Below, piece by piece: positions 1-64,000 of a stretch of 64,000 nucleotides of DNA. Under the pieces are notes generated by a model that saw nothing but the letters and a program-made list of their open reading frames with translations, had not been told where the DNA came from and did not search any database. Within the stretch, counting starts at the first letter, position 1, and each line of letters begins with the position of its first letter. A program made the translations under genes and the position numbers. Source of the DNA: Octopus vulgaris (Eukaryota); NCBI GenBank assembly GCA_951406725.2, contig OX597816.1:166656001-166720000 (forward strand). Direction: 5' to 3'.

Positions 1-63703
<63,703 letters not shown>

Positions 63704-64000
63704 GTATGTTATTCCTTCATTATTAAACAATACTACAGTAAATATCGTAAAACTGCTATAGAATGGCAGAATCGTTAGCGTGACGGTCAAAAAGCTTAAT
63801 GCTATCACAGTTGTATATCTAAGTTCAAATTCCTCCGAAGTTGTCTTTGTATTTCAACCTTCCAGAGTCGATAAAATAAACAAGTTCATACTGGGTCTTT
63901 CTCCAAATAAGGGCTGTGTACCAATCTTAGAAATAATTATCATAAAGTGAGGTACAAAGGACCGAGTCAGTAAGGTACAAGACAACTAATTGAGAAGCTG

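Overview
AT-rich, microsatellite-dense eukaryotic DNA. The repeat landscape (tRNA-derived SINEs, (TA)n/(TAA)n/(GAA)n tracts, Penelope and R4/Dong-type retroelement relics) resembles an octopus/coleoid cephalopod genome; this assignment is an inference. The whole window lies inside one large + strand gene, with neither start nor stop visible. I traced 29 GT-AG exons that splice in one open frame (~4.18 kb, ~1,390 codons). The first 20 exons are each one EGF-like module flanked by phase-1 introns. Eighteen of them come from a recent ~6.4-6.9 kb genomic tandem repeat carrying an exon cassette A-B-C-D (5 units in view, degenerating 3'-ward, with exon loss, mosaic copies and an apparent two-unit higher-order pattern). 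The last 9 exons encode at least 3 tandem copies of the Caspr/neurexin-IV-type fibrinogen-like domain with no intervening LamG. Introns hold SINEs, a non-autonomous Helitron, Tc1/mariner MITEs, R4/Dong-like RLE fragments, Penelope-like fragments and about 10 minimal type-I hammerhead ribozyme motifs. All calls were made by eye, without database searches.
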